Positions 50,532 through 61,184 are shown, counted from the first letter of the stretch. The stretch is 64,000 bases of DNA from an uncultured Planctomycetia bacterium (GCA_964629655.1 CAZVQU010000002.1:443-64442); one strand, 5' to 3'. A program made the numbers and translations. Notes: generated from the sequence alone by a model not told the origin.

Positions 50532-51911
50532 TTGGGAGATTTTATGGGATTTATGAGAAAAAAGAGGAAATTTTGCTTAGATATCAACGATAGCAATATT
50601 TTAAACATCGGGCTCTTCCAATATTGCTTAGCCCCTGAGGGTGAGGTGATTTTATCTAATCCAACCCTAGCTGAAATACTAGGCTATTCTTTTGAAAAAG
50701 GACTTATCAGGGAGAAATTTTGTAATTTATTCAGTAAATCCTTAGATAGAGAGCTTTTTCTAACAATTCTCAACAGGGGCAAGCAGGTTAAATCCTTTGA
50801 GGTAGTTTTAAAGAAAAAGGATGGTCAAGCATTATGGGTGGCAATTACTGCCCATTTAGTGCCTTCAGCTAGAAAAAAAGAACGTTGGATAGAAGGGGTG
50901 ATCCAGGATATTTCAGCTCAAAAAAAGATTGCTGATAAGTTAAACATGGAGAGGAATTTCTTTGAAAATCTCTTGAACAACATCCCTGATGCAATTTACT
51001 TTAAAGACCGTAACAATAAAATCATAAAGATTAATAATTTTTATATTCAAGGAACTGGCTTGAAAGCCGAGGAGATAATCGGAAAGACTGACTTTGATTT
51101 TTTCCCCCCGGAGCAAGCTAAGGATATGCTTGAAGATGATAACAAAGTTCTAAATACCGGTAAGCCAATTGTTGGCAAGATTGAAAAAACTTTACTCAGT
51201 AATGGCCATTGGAACCAGGTAATTACTACTAAAATCCCTATGCATGATAGCGGCGGTAATATAATCGGAACCATGGGGATAACTCGAGACATGACTGCTT
51301 ACGCTAACCTTGAACAGCAACGCCTAAATATGATGGTTAGTGCCATGGAAGTCTTGGGTAAGGCTCTTGAGATGCGTGATCCTTACACTTTTAGTCATAC
51401 TCGGAATGTAGCTGGTATTGCTGAAAGAATTGCTAATGCCTTTAAATGGGATGAAAATCAACTTTTAGCCATTAAGTTAGCCGGAGAACTTCACGATTTA
51501 GGAAAGATAAGTATTCCCCTAGATATCCTAAACAAACCTGGTAAATTAAATAACTTGGAGTACCGCCTAATCCAGGAACATGTAGAAAATTGCTATAATT
51601 TAATCAAGGATATTGACTTTCCCTTTCCCCTGGCTGATATTATCTATCAACATCACGAGCGCCTTGATGGCTCAGGCTACCCACGCGGCCTAAAAGGAGA
51701 TGAGATACTCTTAGAAGCTAAGATACTGGCAGTCAGTGATGTTTTAGAGGCTATGACCCACCATCGTCCTTATCGTGAAGCTAAAGGATTAAAAAAAGCC
51801 TGCCAAGAACTTCAAAAAGGAAAGGGTATCAAATACGATACTGAAATAGTAAATGTCCTTCTTGACCTTATTAAAAAGGGAGGCGAGAAGGAGTTTTGGC
51901 TTGCCGATTAA
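50532..51911 (+). CDS. PAS-PAS-HD-GYP phosphodiesterase
   Basis: PAS motifs, RDPYT..H, HDLGK, HHERLDGSGYP. Confidence 0.92.
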   Translation: MGDFMGFMRKKRKFCLDINDSNILNIGLFQYCLAPEGEVILSNPTLAEILGYSFEKGLIREKFCNLFSKSLDRELFLTILNRGKQVKSFEVVLKKKDGQALWVAITAHLVPSARKKERWIEGVIQDISAQKKIADKLNMERNFFENLLNNIPDAIYFKDRNNKIIKINNFYIQGTGLKAEEIIGKTDFDFFPPEQAKDMLEDDNKVLNTGKPIVGKIEKTLLSNGHWNQVITTKIPMHDSGGNIIGTMGITRDMTAYANLEQQRLNMMVSAMEVLGKALEMRDPYTFSHTRNVAGIAERIANAFKWDENQLLAIKLAGELHDLGKISIPLDILNKPGKLNNLEYRLIQEHVENCYNLIKDIDFPFPLADIIYQHHERLDGSGYPRGLKGDEILLEAKILAVSDVLEAMTHHRPYREAKGLKKACQELQKGKGIKYDTEIVNVLLDLIKKGGEKEFWLAD

Positions 51912-51956
51912 CTTTTTTCTTGATTTTTTATTGGTTTATGATATAAAAAGTATCTC

Positions 51957-52493
51957 ATGAAAGAGGTAAAAATATTTGCTAGAGCCGGCCAAGGCGCAAT
52001 TACTACAGCAGCCATATTAGGTGAATCTCTATTCTACGAAGATAAATACGCTTATGCGTTTCCTCATTTCGGTGCTGCCCGAATGGGAGCACCAATGAAT
52101 GCTTTTGTAAGATTTGATGATAAGCCGGTTCGTCTACGTTCTCAAATCTATAAACCCGATTATGTCGTAGTAATCGACCCGACCTTAATTGAAAGTGAGA
52201 AGTGCTTTCAGGGTTTAAAAGAGGGTGCGAAAGCTATCGTAGCCGTAAGAGAAAAAACGGTTATCCCGCAGATTGGTAACGTCGAGATTAAAACTTTACC
52301 GGCTGAGGAAATCGCTATGGAGATAATCGGGAAACCTTTTGCCAACACTGTCTTAGTAGGTGCTTTTGCTAAGGCGACCGGCCAGATAAAACTGGAATCT
52401 GTTTTAAAGGCAGTTGAAGGCAGATTCAAAAGTAAGCCCAAGCTATTAGAAAAAAATCTCCAAGCAGCAAAAAAGGGGTACGAAAGTGTTTAG
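51957..52493 (+). CDS. Pyruvate/2-oxoacid:ferredoxin oxidoreductase gamma subunit
   Basis: RAGQGA, FGAARMGAP, PDYVVVID. Confidence 0.9.
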   Translation: MKEVKIFARAGQGAITTAAILGESLFYEDKYAYAFPHFGAARMGAPMNAFVRFDDKPVRLRSQIYKPDYVVVIDPTLIESEKCFQGLKEGAKAIVAVREKTVIPQIGNVEIKTLPAEEIAMEIIGKPFANTVLVGAFAKATGQIKLESVLKAVEGRFKSKPKLLEKNLQAAKKGYESV

Positions 52494-52743
52494 CGTTTTA
52501 GCCAGTCGAGGGAAAACTTCTTGCGCGAATTTAACCGGTTCTTGGCGTTCAACCCAAAAACCGCTGTTTTTAAAAAAAGAATGTATTAATTGTGGTCTTT
52601 GTAAGCTTATTTGTCCTGAAGGATGTATCGAAGGTATAGAAAAGAATACTTACTCAACTGACTTAGATTATTGTAAGGGGTGCGGACTTTGCGCTTATAT
52701 TTGTCCCAAAGATGATATTGAAATGGTTCCCAATCATGATTAG
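52486..52743 (+). CDS. 2-oxoacid:ferredoxin oxidoreductase delta subunit (2x4Fe-4S)
   Basis: TGSWR, CINCGLC, DYCKGCGLC...CP. Confidence 0.9.
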   Translation: MFSVLASRGKTSCANLTGSWRSTQKPLFLKKECINCGLCKLICPEGCIEGIEKNTYSTDLDYCKGCGLCAYICPKDDIEMVPNHD

Positions 52744-52746
52744 ACT

Positions 52747-53922
52747 ATGAAGAAATACTTAGAAGGTTCCTGGGCAATGGCAGAAGCGGCGAAATTATGC
52801 CGTCCCGGTGTTGTTGCTGCTTACCCAATCACTCCACAAACTCATATAGTTGAACATCTTGCTAAATTTGTTGCTGACGGAAATCTTGAGGCTGAGACTT
52901 TGAATGTTGAAAGTGAACACTCAGCAGCTTCAGTGGTCTTAGGTTCGCAAGCGGCCGGAGTAAGAAGTTTTACCTGTACTAGCTCTCAAGGTTTGCTATT
53001 AATGGGAGAAGTTGTCTTTTGTATAGCTGGGATGAGGCTACCGGTTATGATGGTTTGTGCCAACCGTGCTGTATCTGCACCGATTAACATTTGGAACGAT
53101 CAGCAGGATTCGATTGCTTTAAGAGATGCTGGCTGGATACAGTTTTATGCTGAGAACAACCAAGAGGCGGTTGATTTGATTATTGCTGGTCATAAGCTTG
53201 GAGAAAACTCTAAGGTAATGTTACCGATAATGGTTTGCGTAGATGGTTTTATTTTAACTCACGGTATGGAAACAATTGATATGCCAAGCCAAGAAGAAGT
53301 CGATAAATTTCTTCCGAAATATAACCCGCCATATAAGCTCGACGTTAATGATCCGATGAGTTTTGGTCTCTTGGGTGATCCAACAGTATACGCTGAAACC
53401 CGTTATGCTATACATAAAACAATGGAAGAGGTCATTGATTTAATACCGAAGGTTGGTAAAGAATATAAGGATTTAACTTCAAGGGACAGCGTAAAGCTAG
53501 TTGAGGGTTATAAGCTAGAGGATGCTGAGTTGGCAATAATCGCCATGGGCTCTGTTTGCGGAACAATTAAAGACGTTATTGATCTTGAAAGAGAAAAAGG
53601 TAAAAAAATCGGCCTTCTAAAAATTGTTACTTATAGACCTTTTCCAAAAGAAGCGATTGCGGCTGCTTTAGGAAAAATTCCTAATTTAGCTGTTATTGAT
53701 AAGGACATTTCTTTAGGCTCAGACGGTGCCGTGTATTCAGAAATCAAAGCAATATTAAGTTCAGATAAACGAGTGAGCGGGTTTATCGCTGGTTTGGGCG
53801 GAAGAGATATAACAATTGACACTATAGAGGGTATTATCCAATCAGCCAATAAGGAAGTTGCTAGCTGTAAATTTGTTGATTTAAACAAGGATTTGCTCTG
53901 GGACGAATTTAAAGCGTCTTAG
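52747..53922 (+). CDS. porA: Pyruvate:ferredoxin oxidoreductase alpha subunit
   Basis: YPITPQT, ESEHSA, TSSQG, NRA, GLGGRD. Confidence 0.92.
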   Translation: MKKYLEGSWAMAEAAKLCRPGVVAAYPITPQTHIVEHLAKFVADGNLEAETLNVESEHSAASVVLGSQAAGVRSFTCTSSQGLLLMGEVVFCIAGMRLPVMMVCANRAVSAPINIWNDQQDSIALRDAGWIQFYAENNQEAVDLIIAGHKLGENSKVMLPIMVCVDGFILTHGMETIDMPSQEEVDKFLPKYNPPYKLDVNDPMSFGLLGDPTVYAETRYAIHKTMEEVIDLIPKVGKEYKDLTSRDSVKLVEGYKLEDAELAIIAMGSVCGTIKDVIDLEREKGKKIGLLKIVTYRPFPKEAIAAALGKIPNLAVIDKDISLGSDGAVYSEIKAILSSDKRVSGFIAGLGGRDITIDTIEGIIQSANKEVASCKFVDLNKDLLWDEFKAS

Positions 53923-53935
53923 AGAAAAAAGTCAA

Positions 53936-54820
53936 ATGGCGAAAAAACATTTTGAGGAAAATTTTTACGTATCTGGGCACACTGCTTGTGCTGGCTGCGG
54001 ACAGTCAATGGCCGTTCGAATTGTCATGAATGTTGCCGGTAAGAATACTATGGTTACAAACTCTACCGGCTGCCTTGAAGTTTTCTCTACTAAAGCGCCT
54101 GAAACTGCCTTCGGAGTTCCCTGGATACACTCCTTATTTGAAAATTCAGCAGCAGTCGCTAGCGGCATTGAAGCTGGCCTAAAGTATTTAAATAAATTGG
54201 GCGAAATCCGGGTGATATCTCAAGCCGGAGATGGCGGAACCGGAGATATTGGCTTACAGGCTATCTCAGGGATGCTTGAGAGGGGCCAAGATGTCTTATT
54301 TATTTGTTATGATAATGAAGCTTATATGAATACCGGTATTCAGCGCAGCGGTTCTACTCCGTTCTACGCTAATACCACTACTTCGCCAGTAGGTAAAAAA
54401 TCTTTGGGTAATTCTAGACCTAAAAAGCCTATGGTTGAAATTTGCGCTGCCCACCATATACCTTACTCAGCCACAGCTTCCATAGGTAACCCTAAGGATG
54501 TCGAAAGAAAGGTCAAAAAAGCCCTGTCAATAAGGGGTCCGAAATACTTGCAAATTCATGTACCTTGTCCTTTAGGCTGGAAATCGGAACCTGCTCAAAC
54601 GATAGAAATTGCAAAACTTGCAGTTGCAACAGGCTTGTACCCACTAGTGGAGTATGAGTATGGTAAGCTTGTTAAAACTATGAAAATTACTTCACTAAAA
54701 CCAGTCGAAGAATATCTTAAAACCCAGGGTAGATTTAGACACTTACCTAAAAACAAAGAAGCACTACAAGAAGTTCAAGAAGTAGCTAATAAAAACATAG
54801 AGTACTACGGACTTAAATAA
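53936..54820 (+). CDS. porB: Pyruvate:ferredoxin oxidoreductase beta subunit
   Basis: CAGCG, GDGG TPP motif, DNEAYMNTG, PCPLGW. Confidence 0.92.
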   Translation: MAKKHFEENFYVSGHTACAGCGQSMAVRIVMNVAGKNTMVTNSTGCLEVFSTKAPETAFGVPWIHSLFENSAAVASGIEAGLKYLNKLGEIRVISQAGDGGTGDIGLQAISGMLERGQDVLFICYDNEAYMNTGIQRSGSTPFYANTTTSPVGKKSLGNSRPKKPMVEICAAHHIPYSATASIGNPKDVERKVKKALSIRGPKYLQIHVPCPLGWKSEPAQTIEIAKLAVATGLYPLVEYEYGKLVKTMKITSLKPVEEYLKTQGRFRHLPKNKEALQEVQEVANKNIEYYGLK

Positions 54821-54850
54821 AAACTGAAACGATACTATAAAGGAGGAGAC

Positions 54851-55036
54851 ATGGCAAAGGTTATTGTTGATGAAAATGCTTGCGTCGGTTGTGGCTTATG
54901 TGTAAATGCATGCGCTAACGTTTTTGACTTAGGTGAAGACGGTATTGCTAAAGTAAAGACTCATGAATGTGCTGATTGCGATCTTCACGACGTTGCCTCT
55001 CAATGCCCGGTAAACTGCATCGTCATAGAAGGCTAA
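54851..55036 (+). CDS. Ferredoxin
   Basis: CVGCGLC...CPVNCI; strong RBS. Confidence 0.9.
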   Translation: MAKVIVDENACVGCGLCVNACANVFDLGEDGIAKVKTHECADCDLHDVASQCPVNCIVIEG

Positions 55037-55055
55037 CTGATTCTTAAAGGATAAT

Positions 55056-55102
55056 AAAATACCCCGCCCTAAGGTTGATAAGGCCTTGAGGTGGGGATTT
55101 TT
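55056..55102. terminator. Bidirectional terminator between convergent genes
   Basis: aaaat-accccgccctaagg...ccttgaggtgggg-attttt. Confidence 0.65.
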
Positions 55103-56522
55103 ATTTTACCGGGGGAAGTTCTATGATTATTTCTTGATTTAGCTTATTAATAAACTTTAATTTTTCAAGGAATAGTTTTCTCTCTTCAATTTTATCGTGG
55201 TAAGCCTCTCTTTTAGTTTGGAAATCTGCATCATCAATAGAAGTCTTATCTTTTAATTGCAAAATGTAAGCCCCTTTGTCTAAAGCCACAATTTCGGAAT
55301 GAATTTCATCCTTCTCAAGAGAAAAGACTATTGCACTCACACTACTGTCTAAACCCAGGCCTTCTATGTAATCGTAGTATTTGAAAAAACCGGTCTCTTT
55401 AAACTCAACATTCTTCTTTTTTCTAAACTTTTTGAGATTTTTTGCTCCCTTTTCGTTAATTCTTTTCAAAAGATCAAAGGAAAATCTTTGTGCGTCCTTC
55501 TTTGCACGAGAAACAATTAGTTTTTCCTCAACCTCAGCTTCGATTTCCCCTAAAGGAGGAGTAAAAGCCGGTTTCTCATCTTCTTTGCCGACAATTATAA
55601 AATCTCGGCCTAAACCTATCGGTGGGCTTATTTGATTGATTTCTAAGTCAAAGGCTGCCTGAGTTATCTCTTGTTTCCAGCCAATTTCTTTAATTGGGTC
55701 ATCTTTTTTAATAAAACCGGTTTCCTTAATCTTGAAGGAAGTTTTCTTCTCGAGCTGATCAAGCGTCCCAAGCTCAGCTAAACGATTTATTTCTTCCGAG
55801 CTCAGGTTATCTTCCTCGGTTATCAAAGCATACTTTATGTTTGCTGTTGGTTCTCTTTCAAAAAGGGTCTTGTTGGCTTGGTAGAATTCTTCAACCTCGT
55901 TAGGCTTTATCCCCACATCTACACGAAATTTTTCATAGGGAATGAAAAGGTAGGCAATTTTAGCTTCTTGGTTTTCTATTAAATAGAGCGATTGTATCTC
56001 GGTGTCACTGACAGCGACCTGAATAAATTCTGCCCATAATTCATTTATAGTGATAAGTTCTCTCATGTATTCTTCAAAACTTCGAGGGGTAAGGTTAATG
56101 CTGAAGGTTCGAGAAATGTGTTTTATGTATCTTTGGTAGGAAGCTTTGTCAAATTTTCCGCCTCGCGAAAAATTACGGTTAACCCACTTCACGATTTCCT
56201 GGTCAGTAACTTCTATATTTGCTTCTTTGGCTTTGAAGAGCAGGCGATAATAAATACTTGCCTTTTCTATAATCGCTTCAGGGGTAATTGTTTTTCTTCC
56301 ATTGTTCAGATTCGAATAAAGGATAAAGTCAAGGCGGGCTAAGTCAATGTAGTGCTTAAAGTTAGGAATAATTACTTTTTGACTTCCAATCTTAGCAGTT
56401 GCTTTTGCTTCTTTTTTTTCTAGAAAAGAACTGGCATTAGAGAGAACGAAAGCTGTGATAACCGTTCCGGCAACTATCCAAAGGATTTTTTTAGCATGTT
56501 GTCCGCGAATCGCAGTAAGCAT
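55101..56522 (-). CDS. SurA N-terminal/PpiD-like periplasmic chaperone
   Basis: N-terminal anchor, VTDQEI, FDKASY, parvulin-like ETGF repeats. Confidence 0.8.
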   Translation of the reverse strand: MLTAIRGQHAKKILWIVAGTVITAFVLSNASSFLEKKEAKATAKIGSQKVIIPNFKHYIDLARLDFILYSNLNNGRKTITPEAIIEKASIYYRLLFKAKEANIEVTDQEIVKWVNRNFSRGGKFDKASYQRYIKHISRTFSINLTPRSFEEYMRELITINELWAEFIQVAVSDTEIQSLYLIENQEAKIAYLFIPYEKFRVDVGIKPNEVEEFYQANKTLFEREPTANIKYALITEEDNLSSEEINRLAELGTLDQLEKKTSFKIKETGFIKKDDPIKEIGWKQEITQAAFDLEINQISPPIGLGRDFIIVGKEDEKPAFTPPLGEIEAEVEEKLIVSRAKKDAQRFSFDLLKRINEKGAKNLKKFRKKKNVEFKETGFFKYYDYIEGLGLDSSVSAIVFSLEKDEIHSEIVALDKGAYILQLKDKTSIDDADFQTKREAYHDKIEERKLFLEKLKFINKLNQEIIIELPPVK

Positions 56523-56695
56523 AAGCCTATCATAACTTCTGTGCGAGAATTTTCAAGAGAAATCTACGAAATTAGGTTTTCTTAATCCCGGAGTCAACGC
56601 TTTAAAATGCACAAACAAACTAAGGGATTTTATGGCTTGAAAATGTTTTTGTTTTATGCTATTCTTTTCATAAGCGAAAACAATCTTTAAAAAAT

Positions 56696-57052
56696 GGGGG
56701 TGCATGGGCTCGACTTGGAGATTAGGGGAAGTGGTTGCATGCCGTAGGGGTAAGGCCGAACGTATCCGGGCTTACAAAACACAAAGGCAACACCTTTCGT
56801 TGCAACACCTGCTCACGCAGTTAGCTAAGCAGGACCCTTAAACTTTGTGTCTCAGGAAATTTAAGGGTTCATTTTTGAGACTCGGAATAAATCTCTTGCT
56901 TTGAGGATTTATTCTTAAAAAATTTCAAAGCTGCTCTCTAGAGAATCCTGCCTTTTGGAGTCTTTAGAGAAAAGCTAAACATAAGGCTAAGCATGTAGGA
57001 GCTATTCTCCAACCCTTTAAGGACGCGGGTTCGATTCCCGCCACCTCCACCA
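56696..57052 (+). ncRNA. ssrA: tmRNA
   Basis: gggggtg...ctcgac 5' end, gcatg helix, gacgcgggttcgattcccgccacctccacca 3' end with G3.U70; tag ORF ~56787-56828. Confidence 0.93.
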
Positions 57053-57091
57053 TTATATGGTTGTATATGTTACGTTTTAAGAATTAAAGTT

Positions 57092-58249
57092 GTGAAAAAT
57101 ACAAAAACACTCCTCAAAAGTTTAGATGCCCTATCAAAAATAAAGGCTCCTAATGAGCTCTTTTCCTTCATAGAGGATAAGGTCGCTCCTTTTTTTGAAT
57201 TAACTTATTTTGACATATTTGGCTTGGACAATTCAGAAACAAAGTATACCTGCATTAAGAACATTACGACAGTAAGTGATCGGCCTGAAGGCTTTGAGCC
57301 AACAAGCTTCAACCTTGATGGCCCTGTCGTAACTGACTTGCTGGATAGTCAAAAGGCTATTTCGATAGAAGAAGTAGATAAAAATCTTACAGTCGCACTA
57401 ACTGAGGAAAGGAAAACAGTCTTAATTTCTTTAAGCAAGAGATTGCAAGAGTTAAAGGCCCTGGTTTGCATTCCGGGTTTTGTTGATAATCGCTTGCTAG
57501 TTGTATTTATCTTGGGTGAAAAAATATCAGGGGGGGGATTTCTTGCTGACGAATTAGACGCACTCTCTTTACTAGCAAAAAAATCTGCAGAAATAATTCA
57601 TAATTTTAATCTACTGAAGGAGGAGACAAAACTTTTTATTCAATCTATACGCGATACGAACAAACGGTTAGAATTTAAGGACTTCTACACCCGGGGACAT
57701 TCGCATAGGGTTGGAGGGTTTTCGGTGATTATGGGCGGAAAGCTCCAATCTGAACTGGATAAGATTCCTTATGGAGAAATAATTTTGTATTATGCTGCTG
57801 AATTTCATGATGTAGGTAAAATTAACATATCCGACAACATACTTAAAAAAGGAGATGCTTTAAGCGACGAGGAATATACTGAGATTCAAAGGCACCCGAT
57901 TGAATCGGTAAAGATACTTAAACCAATGGAAAAGTGGTTTGGAAAAATAATGCTTGATGCTGTACTCTACCATCACGAGAATTATGACGGAACCGGATAC
58001 CCTCATGGGAAAAAAGGAGAAGAGATAAGTATTCTGGCTAAAATAATAAGAGTGGCTGATTCGTTTGATGCTATGGTTACGGACCGGCCGTACAGAAAGG
58101 CTTTAATCCAACATCAAGCGCTATTGGAACTTAAAAATGGCCGTGGGAAGCAGTATGACCCCAGAGTAGTTGATGCATTCTTAGAGGCATATAAAGAAGG
58201 CTTATACGCAGATATCTTTTCTCAAATAGCGAATATATCGAAAGATTAA
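57092..58249 (+). CDS. GAF-like + HD-GYP domain protein
   Basis: YTRGHS.RV, HDVGK, HHENYDGTGYP. Confidence 0.9.
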   Translation: MKNTKTLLKSLDALSKIKAPNELFSFIEDKVAPFFELTYFDIFGLDNSETKYTCIKNITTVSDRPEGFEPTSFNLDGPVVTDLLDSQKAISIEEVDKNLTVALTEERKTVLISLSKRLQELKALVCIPGFVDNRLLVVFILGEKISGGGFLADELDALSLLAKKSAEIIHNFNLLKEETKLFIQSIRDTNKRLEFKDFYTRGHSHRVGGFSVIMGGKLQSELDKIPYGEIILYYAAEFHDVGKINISDNILKKGDALSDEEYTEIQRHPIESVKILKPMEKWFGKIMLDAVLYHHENYDGTGYPHGKKGEEISILAKIIRVADSFDAMVTDRPYRKALIQHQALLELKNGRGKQYDPRVVDAFLEAYKEGLYADIFSQIANISKD

Positions 58250-58282
58250 TAGTAAAAATAGAGTTTTAAAAAAGGAGGAGGC

Positions 58283-58597
58283 ATGGCTAAAAGAAAGGAT
58301 TCTTTAAAAGAGGTTTTCGATAAGGTATGGCCACAGGCAAAGAAAGAACTTGATAAAGGTCTGAAAAATGCAAAAAAGGTGCTGAATGAGAGCGAGAAAT
58401 ATCTTAAGGAACTTTCCGAAAAGGGTGCTGCCCAAACCAAAAAGCTGTCATTAGCACTAAAAAGAGAGAAGGCCTACTATGATTTAGGCAAAGCTGTATC
58501 AGCTGCACCTTCAACTAAGTGGAAGACTAACCGTAAAATATCTTCATTGATTAAGGAAATTAAGTGTCTCGACAAGAATGTAAGCAAAATAAAATAA
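58283..58597 (+). CDS. Hypothetical coiled-coil protein
   Basis: Strong RBS; 104-aa basic helical ORF. Confidence 0.7.
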   Translation: MAKRKDSLKEVFDKVWPQAKKELDKGLKNAKKVLNESEKYLKELSEKGAAQTKKLSLALKREKAYYDLGKAVSAAPSTKWKTNRKISSLIKEIKCLDKNVSKIK

Positions 58598-58667
58598 ACT
58601 ACCCCGCTGGAAAATAAAACCATCTATCGGGACAAGTCAACTACTAGTTGAAAAGGAGAAACATCTT

Positions 58668-58985
58668 ATGGAAATCAATGTCAATACCGCTAATTTCAAG
58701 AAAGAGGTTATTGATTCCGAAATACCTGCCATAGTAGACTTCTGGGCTCCTTGGTGTGGTCCTTGTCAGATGATTGCGCCTCACCTAGAGGAATTGGCTA
58801 AGGCTTATAGCGGAAAATTAAAGGTTTGTAAGCTAAATGTTGATGAAGCTCCTGAAGTCGCTACTCAGTATACAATCATGAGCATTCCGGCTATTATGCT
58901 ATTTAAGGCCGGTGATGTTATGGCTAAGCGTGTCGGGGCTATGAACAAGCAGGAATTAGAGAAGTTCATCCAGCCTTATCTTTAA
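58668..58985 (+). CDS. trxA: Thioredoxin
   Basis: DFWAPWCGPC. Confidence 0.95.
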   Translation: MEINVNTANFKKEVIDSEIPAIVDFWAPWCGPCQMIAPHLEELAKAYSGKLKVCKLNVDEAPEVATQYTIMSIPAIMLFKAGDVMAKRVGAMNKQELEKFIQPYL

Positions 58986-59057
58986 TATTCCCTTTACAGT
59001 CAATTAAAAAAGCCTTGCTATCCTGCATATAACTTGCTATAATTTTTATTCTTTTAA

Positions 59058-59131
59058 GGGCCTGTAGCTCAGTTGGTCAGAGCAGGACACTCATAATGTC
59101 TTGGTCCGGGGTTCGAGTCCCTGCAGGCCCA
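59058..59131 (+). tRNA. tRNA with CAT anticodon, probably tRNA-Ile2 (lysidine)
   Basis: gggcctg/caggccc acceptor, ct-cat-aa loop; lacks initiator features. Confidence 0.88.
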
Positions 59132-59170
59132 CGGTTTGTTTTATTTACAGAATCTTGTATCAAGCGAAAC

Positions 59171-59244
59171 GCGCACATAGCTCAGTTGGTAAGAGTACTG
59201 CCCTCACATGGCAGGGGTCGCTGGTTCAAGTCCAGCTGTGCGCA
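59171..59244 (+). tRNA. tRNA-Val(CAC)
   Basis: ctgcc-ct-cac-at-ggcag anticodon arm; gcgcaca/tgtgcgc acceptor. Confidence 0.92.
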
Positions 59245-59288
59245 TTTGAGGAAAAAAATATTTAACTAAATAGAAAAATAAGGTTTAT

Positions 59289-60014
59289 ATGGGGTTAAAA
59301 GAAGAAGTAAGAAAGTTAGTCCAGCTACAAGAAATTGATGGCCGAATTTATAAATTGAAAGAGAAAAAAAATGAAACTTTACCGGGCCGGTTGGAAGAAA
59401 TAAAAGAGGAATTTGAGGAGACAAGCAAGAATTCTACCAGCGCTGATGAAAAGCTAAAGAGCTTGCAACTAGAAAAAAAAGATAAAGAGTTGGAATTAGC
59501 TGCCAAAGAGGAGGGGCTGAAAAAACTTCAGACTCAGCTCTATCAACTAAAAAGTAATAAAGAATACCAGGCTATGCTTAGTGAAATTGAATCACACAAG
59601 GCCGACATATCGGTAGCAGAGGAAGGCGTCTTGAAGGTAATGGATGCACTTGAGGCGGCAAAGAAAGAGTGTGCAGTTCAAAAAGAAACCTTAAGTCAAG
59701 AAGAAAAAGCTTTTAAAGAAGAAGAGGCTAAGCTTAACTCAACCATGAGAGATGCTGAGGCGGAAATCAGCAATTTCGGAACCAAAAGGGAGGCTCTTGC
59801 TGGAGGAATAGAAAAAGAAATTCTGGATAAATATGAGCGCTTGTTGAATTCGCGTCAGGGTTTGGCTTTAGTCCCGGTAGAAGGGAGTGACTGTGGAGCT
59901 TGCCATATGAGGCTTAACCATCAAAAAATAAATGAAATAAAGATGTTTGAACACCTGGTATCGTGTGATAGCTGCGTACGCATACTCTATATACCTGAGG
60001 ATATCCAAGGATGA
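59289..60014 (+). CDS. Coiled-coil C4 zinc-ribbon protein (CT398/DUF164-like)
   Basis: LQEID start; CGACH...CDSCVRIL. Confidence 0.88.
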   Translation: MGLKEEVRKLVQLQEIDGRIYKLKEKKNETLPGRLEEIKEEFEETSKNSTSADEKLKSLQLEKKDKELELAAKEEGLKKLQTQLYQLKSNKEYQAMLSEIESHKADISVAEEGVLKVMDALEAAKKECAVQKETLSQEEKAFKEEEAKLNSTMRDAEAEISNFGTKREALAGGIEKEILDKYERLLNSRQGLALVPVEGSDCGACHMRLNHQKINEIKMFEHLVSCDSCVRILYIPEDIQG

Positions 60015-60406
60015 TCAAGATTTATATTGACGGAGCTTCAATTGGTAATCCCGGAAAAAGCGGTATTGGTTATTTGATTTACCAGGGTAGTGAGATTTTA
60101 AAAAAGAAAAGTGTTTATCTTGGCATTCAGTCGAATAACTTTGCTGAATATATGGCGTTAATTTTTCCTTTAATTGATGCTATTGAACAAAATCAAAAAA
60201 CGGTCAAGGTATTTTCTGATAGTAAGCTGGTTTGTGAACAAGTTAAAGGTAATTTTAAGGTAAAAAACAAAAATATCTACCCGCTCTTTGTCTTAGCTAA
60301 GAATTTAATTTCGAAACTAGATAGCTTTGAAATTACCCACATTAATAGAGAAAATAACCAGGAAGCTGACGAATTAGCTAAAGAGGCTACCGGGTTTTTA
60401 GTTTAA
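60011..60406 (+). CDS. rnhA: Ribonuclease HI (archaeal-like type)
   Basis: DGASIGNPG, NNFAEY, DSKLV, RENNQEADELA. Confidence 0.9.
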   Translation: MIKIYIDGASIGNPGKSGIGYLIYQGSEILKKKSVYLGIQSNNFAEYMALIFPLIDAIEQNQKTVKVFSDSKLVCEQVKGNFKVKNKNIYPLFVLAKNLISKLDSFEITHINRENNQEADELAKEATGFLV

Positions 60407-60427
60407 AGCCGAATAAGGAGGTAAAAG

Positions 60428-61183
60428 ATGAGTGGACATTCCAAATGGGCAAGCATTAAGCACAAAAAAGGTGCTGCTGATGCCAAGCGAGGGCGTCTTT
60501 TTACAAAACTAATTAGGGAAATTACCGTATCTGCAAAAAATGGTGGTGGCAATCCTGACACAAACCCTAGCCTGCGAACAGCCATTACTAGGGCCAACGA
60601 TGCAAACATGCCTAAGGATAACATCACTAAGGCTATTAAAAAAGGAACCGGCGAACTTCCGGGAGTAACTTACGAGAGCTGCACTTTCGAAGGGTATGGT
60701 CCGGGTGGAGTAGCTATCCTTGTCGAAACCCTGACTGATAACAAAAATAGGTCTTCAGCAGAAATTCGTAACATTTTCTCCAAAAAAGGAGGAAATATGG
60801 CTGGAGCCGGAAGTGTTGCTTGGATTTTTACATCCAAGGGCTATATTTTAATTGATAAAGCCTCAATAAGCGAGGACGAGCTCTTTTCGGTAGCTGTAGA
60901 TGCTGGCGCTGAAGATATTAAAACTAGTGATAAAAACTATGAGATTTTTACTGGACCAAAAGATTTCGAAGCTGTCAAAGCAGCAATCGCAGCTAAAGGG
61001 ATTAAGTGGGTATCTGAAGAATTAACCAAGATACCTAACTCAACTCTTAAGGTAACCGGAAGTGACGCTAAGAGTCTCCTGTCATTGATAGAAATCTTAG
61101 AAGATCATGATGATGTTCAAACGGTTTATGCTAACTTTGATATCCCTGACGAAGTATTAGAGGAGATGGCTCAGGAAATGTAA
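60428..61183 (+). CDS. YebC/PmpR family protein
   Basis: MSGHSKW, EGYGPGG, TDNKNR. Confidence 0.96.
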   Translation: MSGHSKWASIKHKKGAADAKRGRLFTKLIREITVSAKNGGGNPDTNPSLRTAITRANDANMPKDNITKAIKKGTGELPGVTYESCTFEGYGPGGVAILVETLTDNKNRSSAEIRNIFSKKGGNMAGAGSVAWIFTSKGYILIDKASISEDELFSVAVDAGAEDIKTSDKNYEIFTGPKDFEAVKAAIAAKGIKWVSEELTKIPNSTLKVTGSDAKSLLSLIEILEDHDDVQTVYANFDIPDEVLEEMAQEM

Positions 61184-61184
61184 G

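Noticed and set aside
57053-58660. Possible island downstream of tmRNA
   Set aside because: No integrase and no duplicated tmRNA 3' end found.
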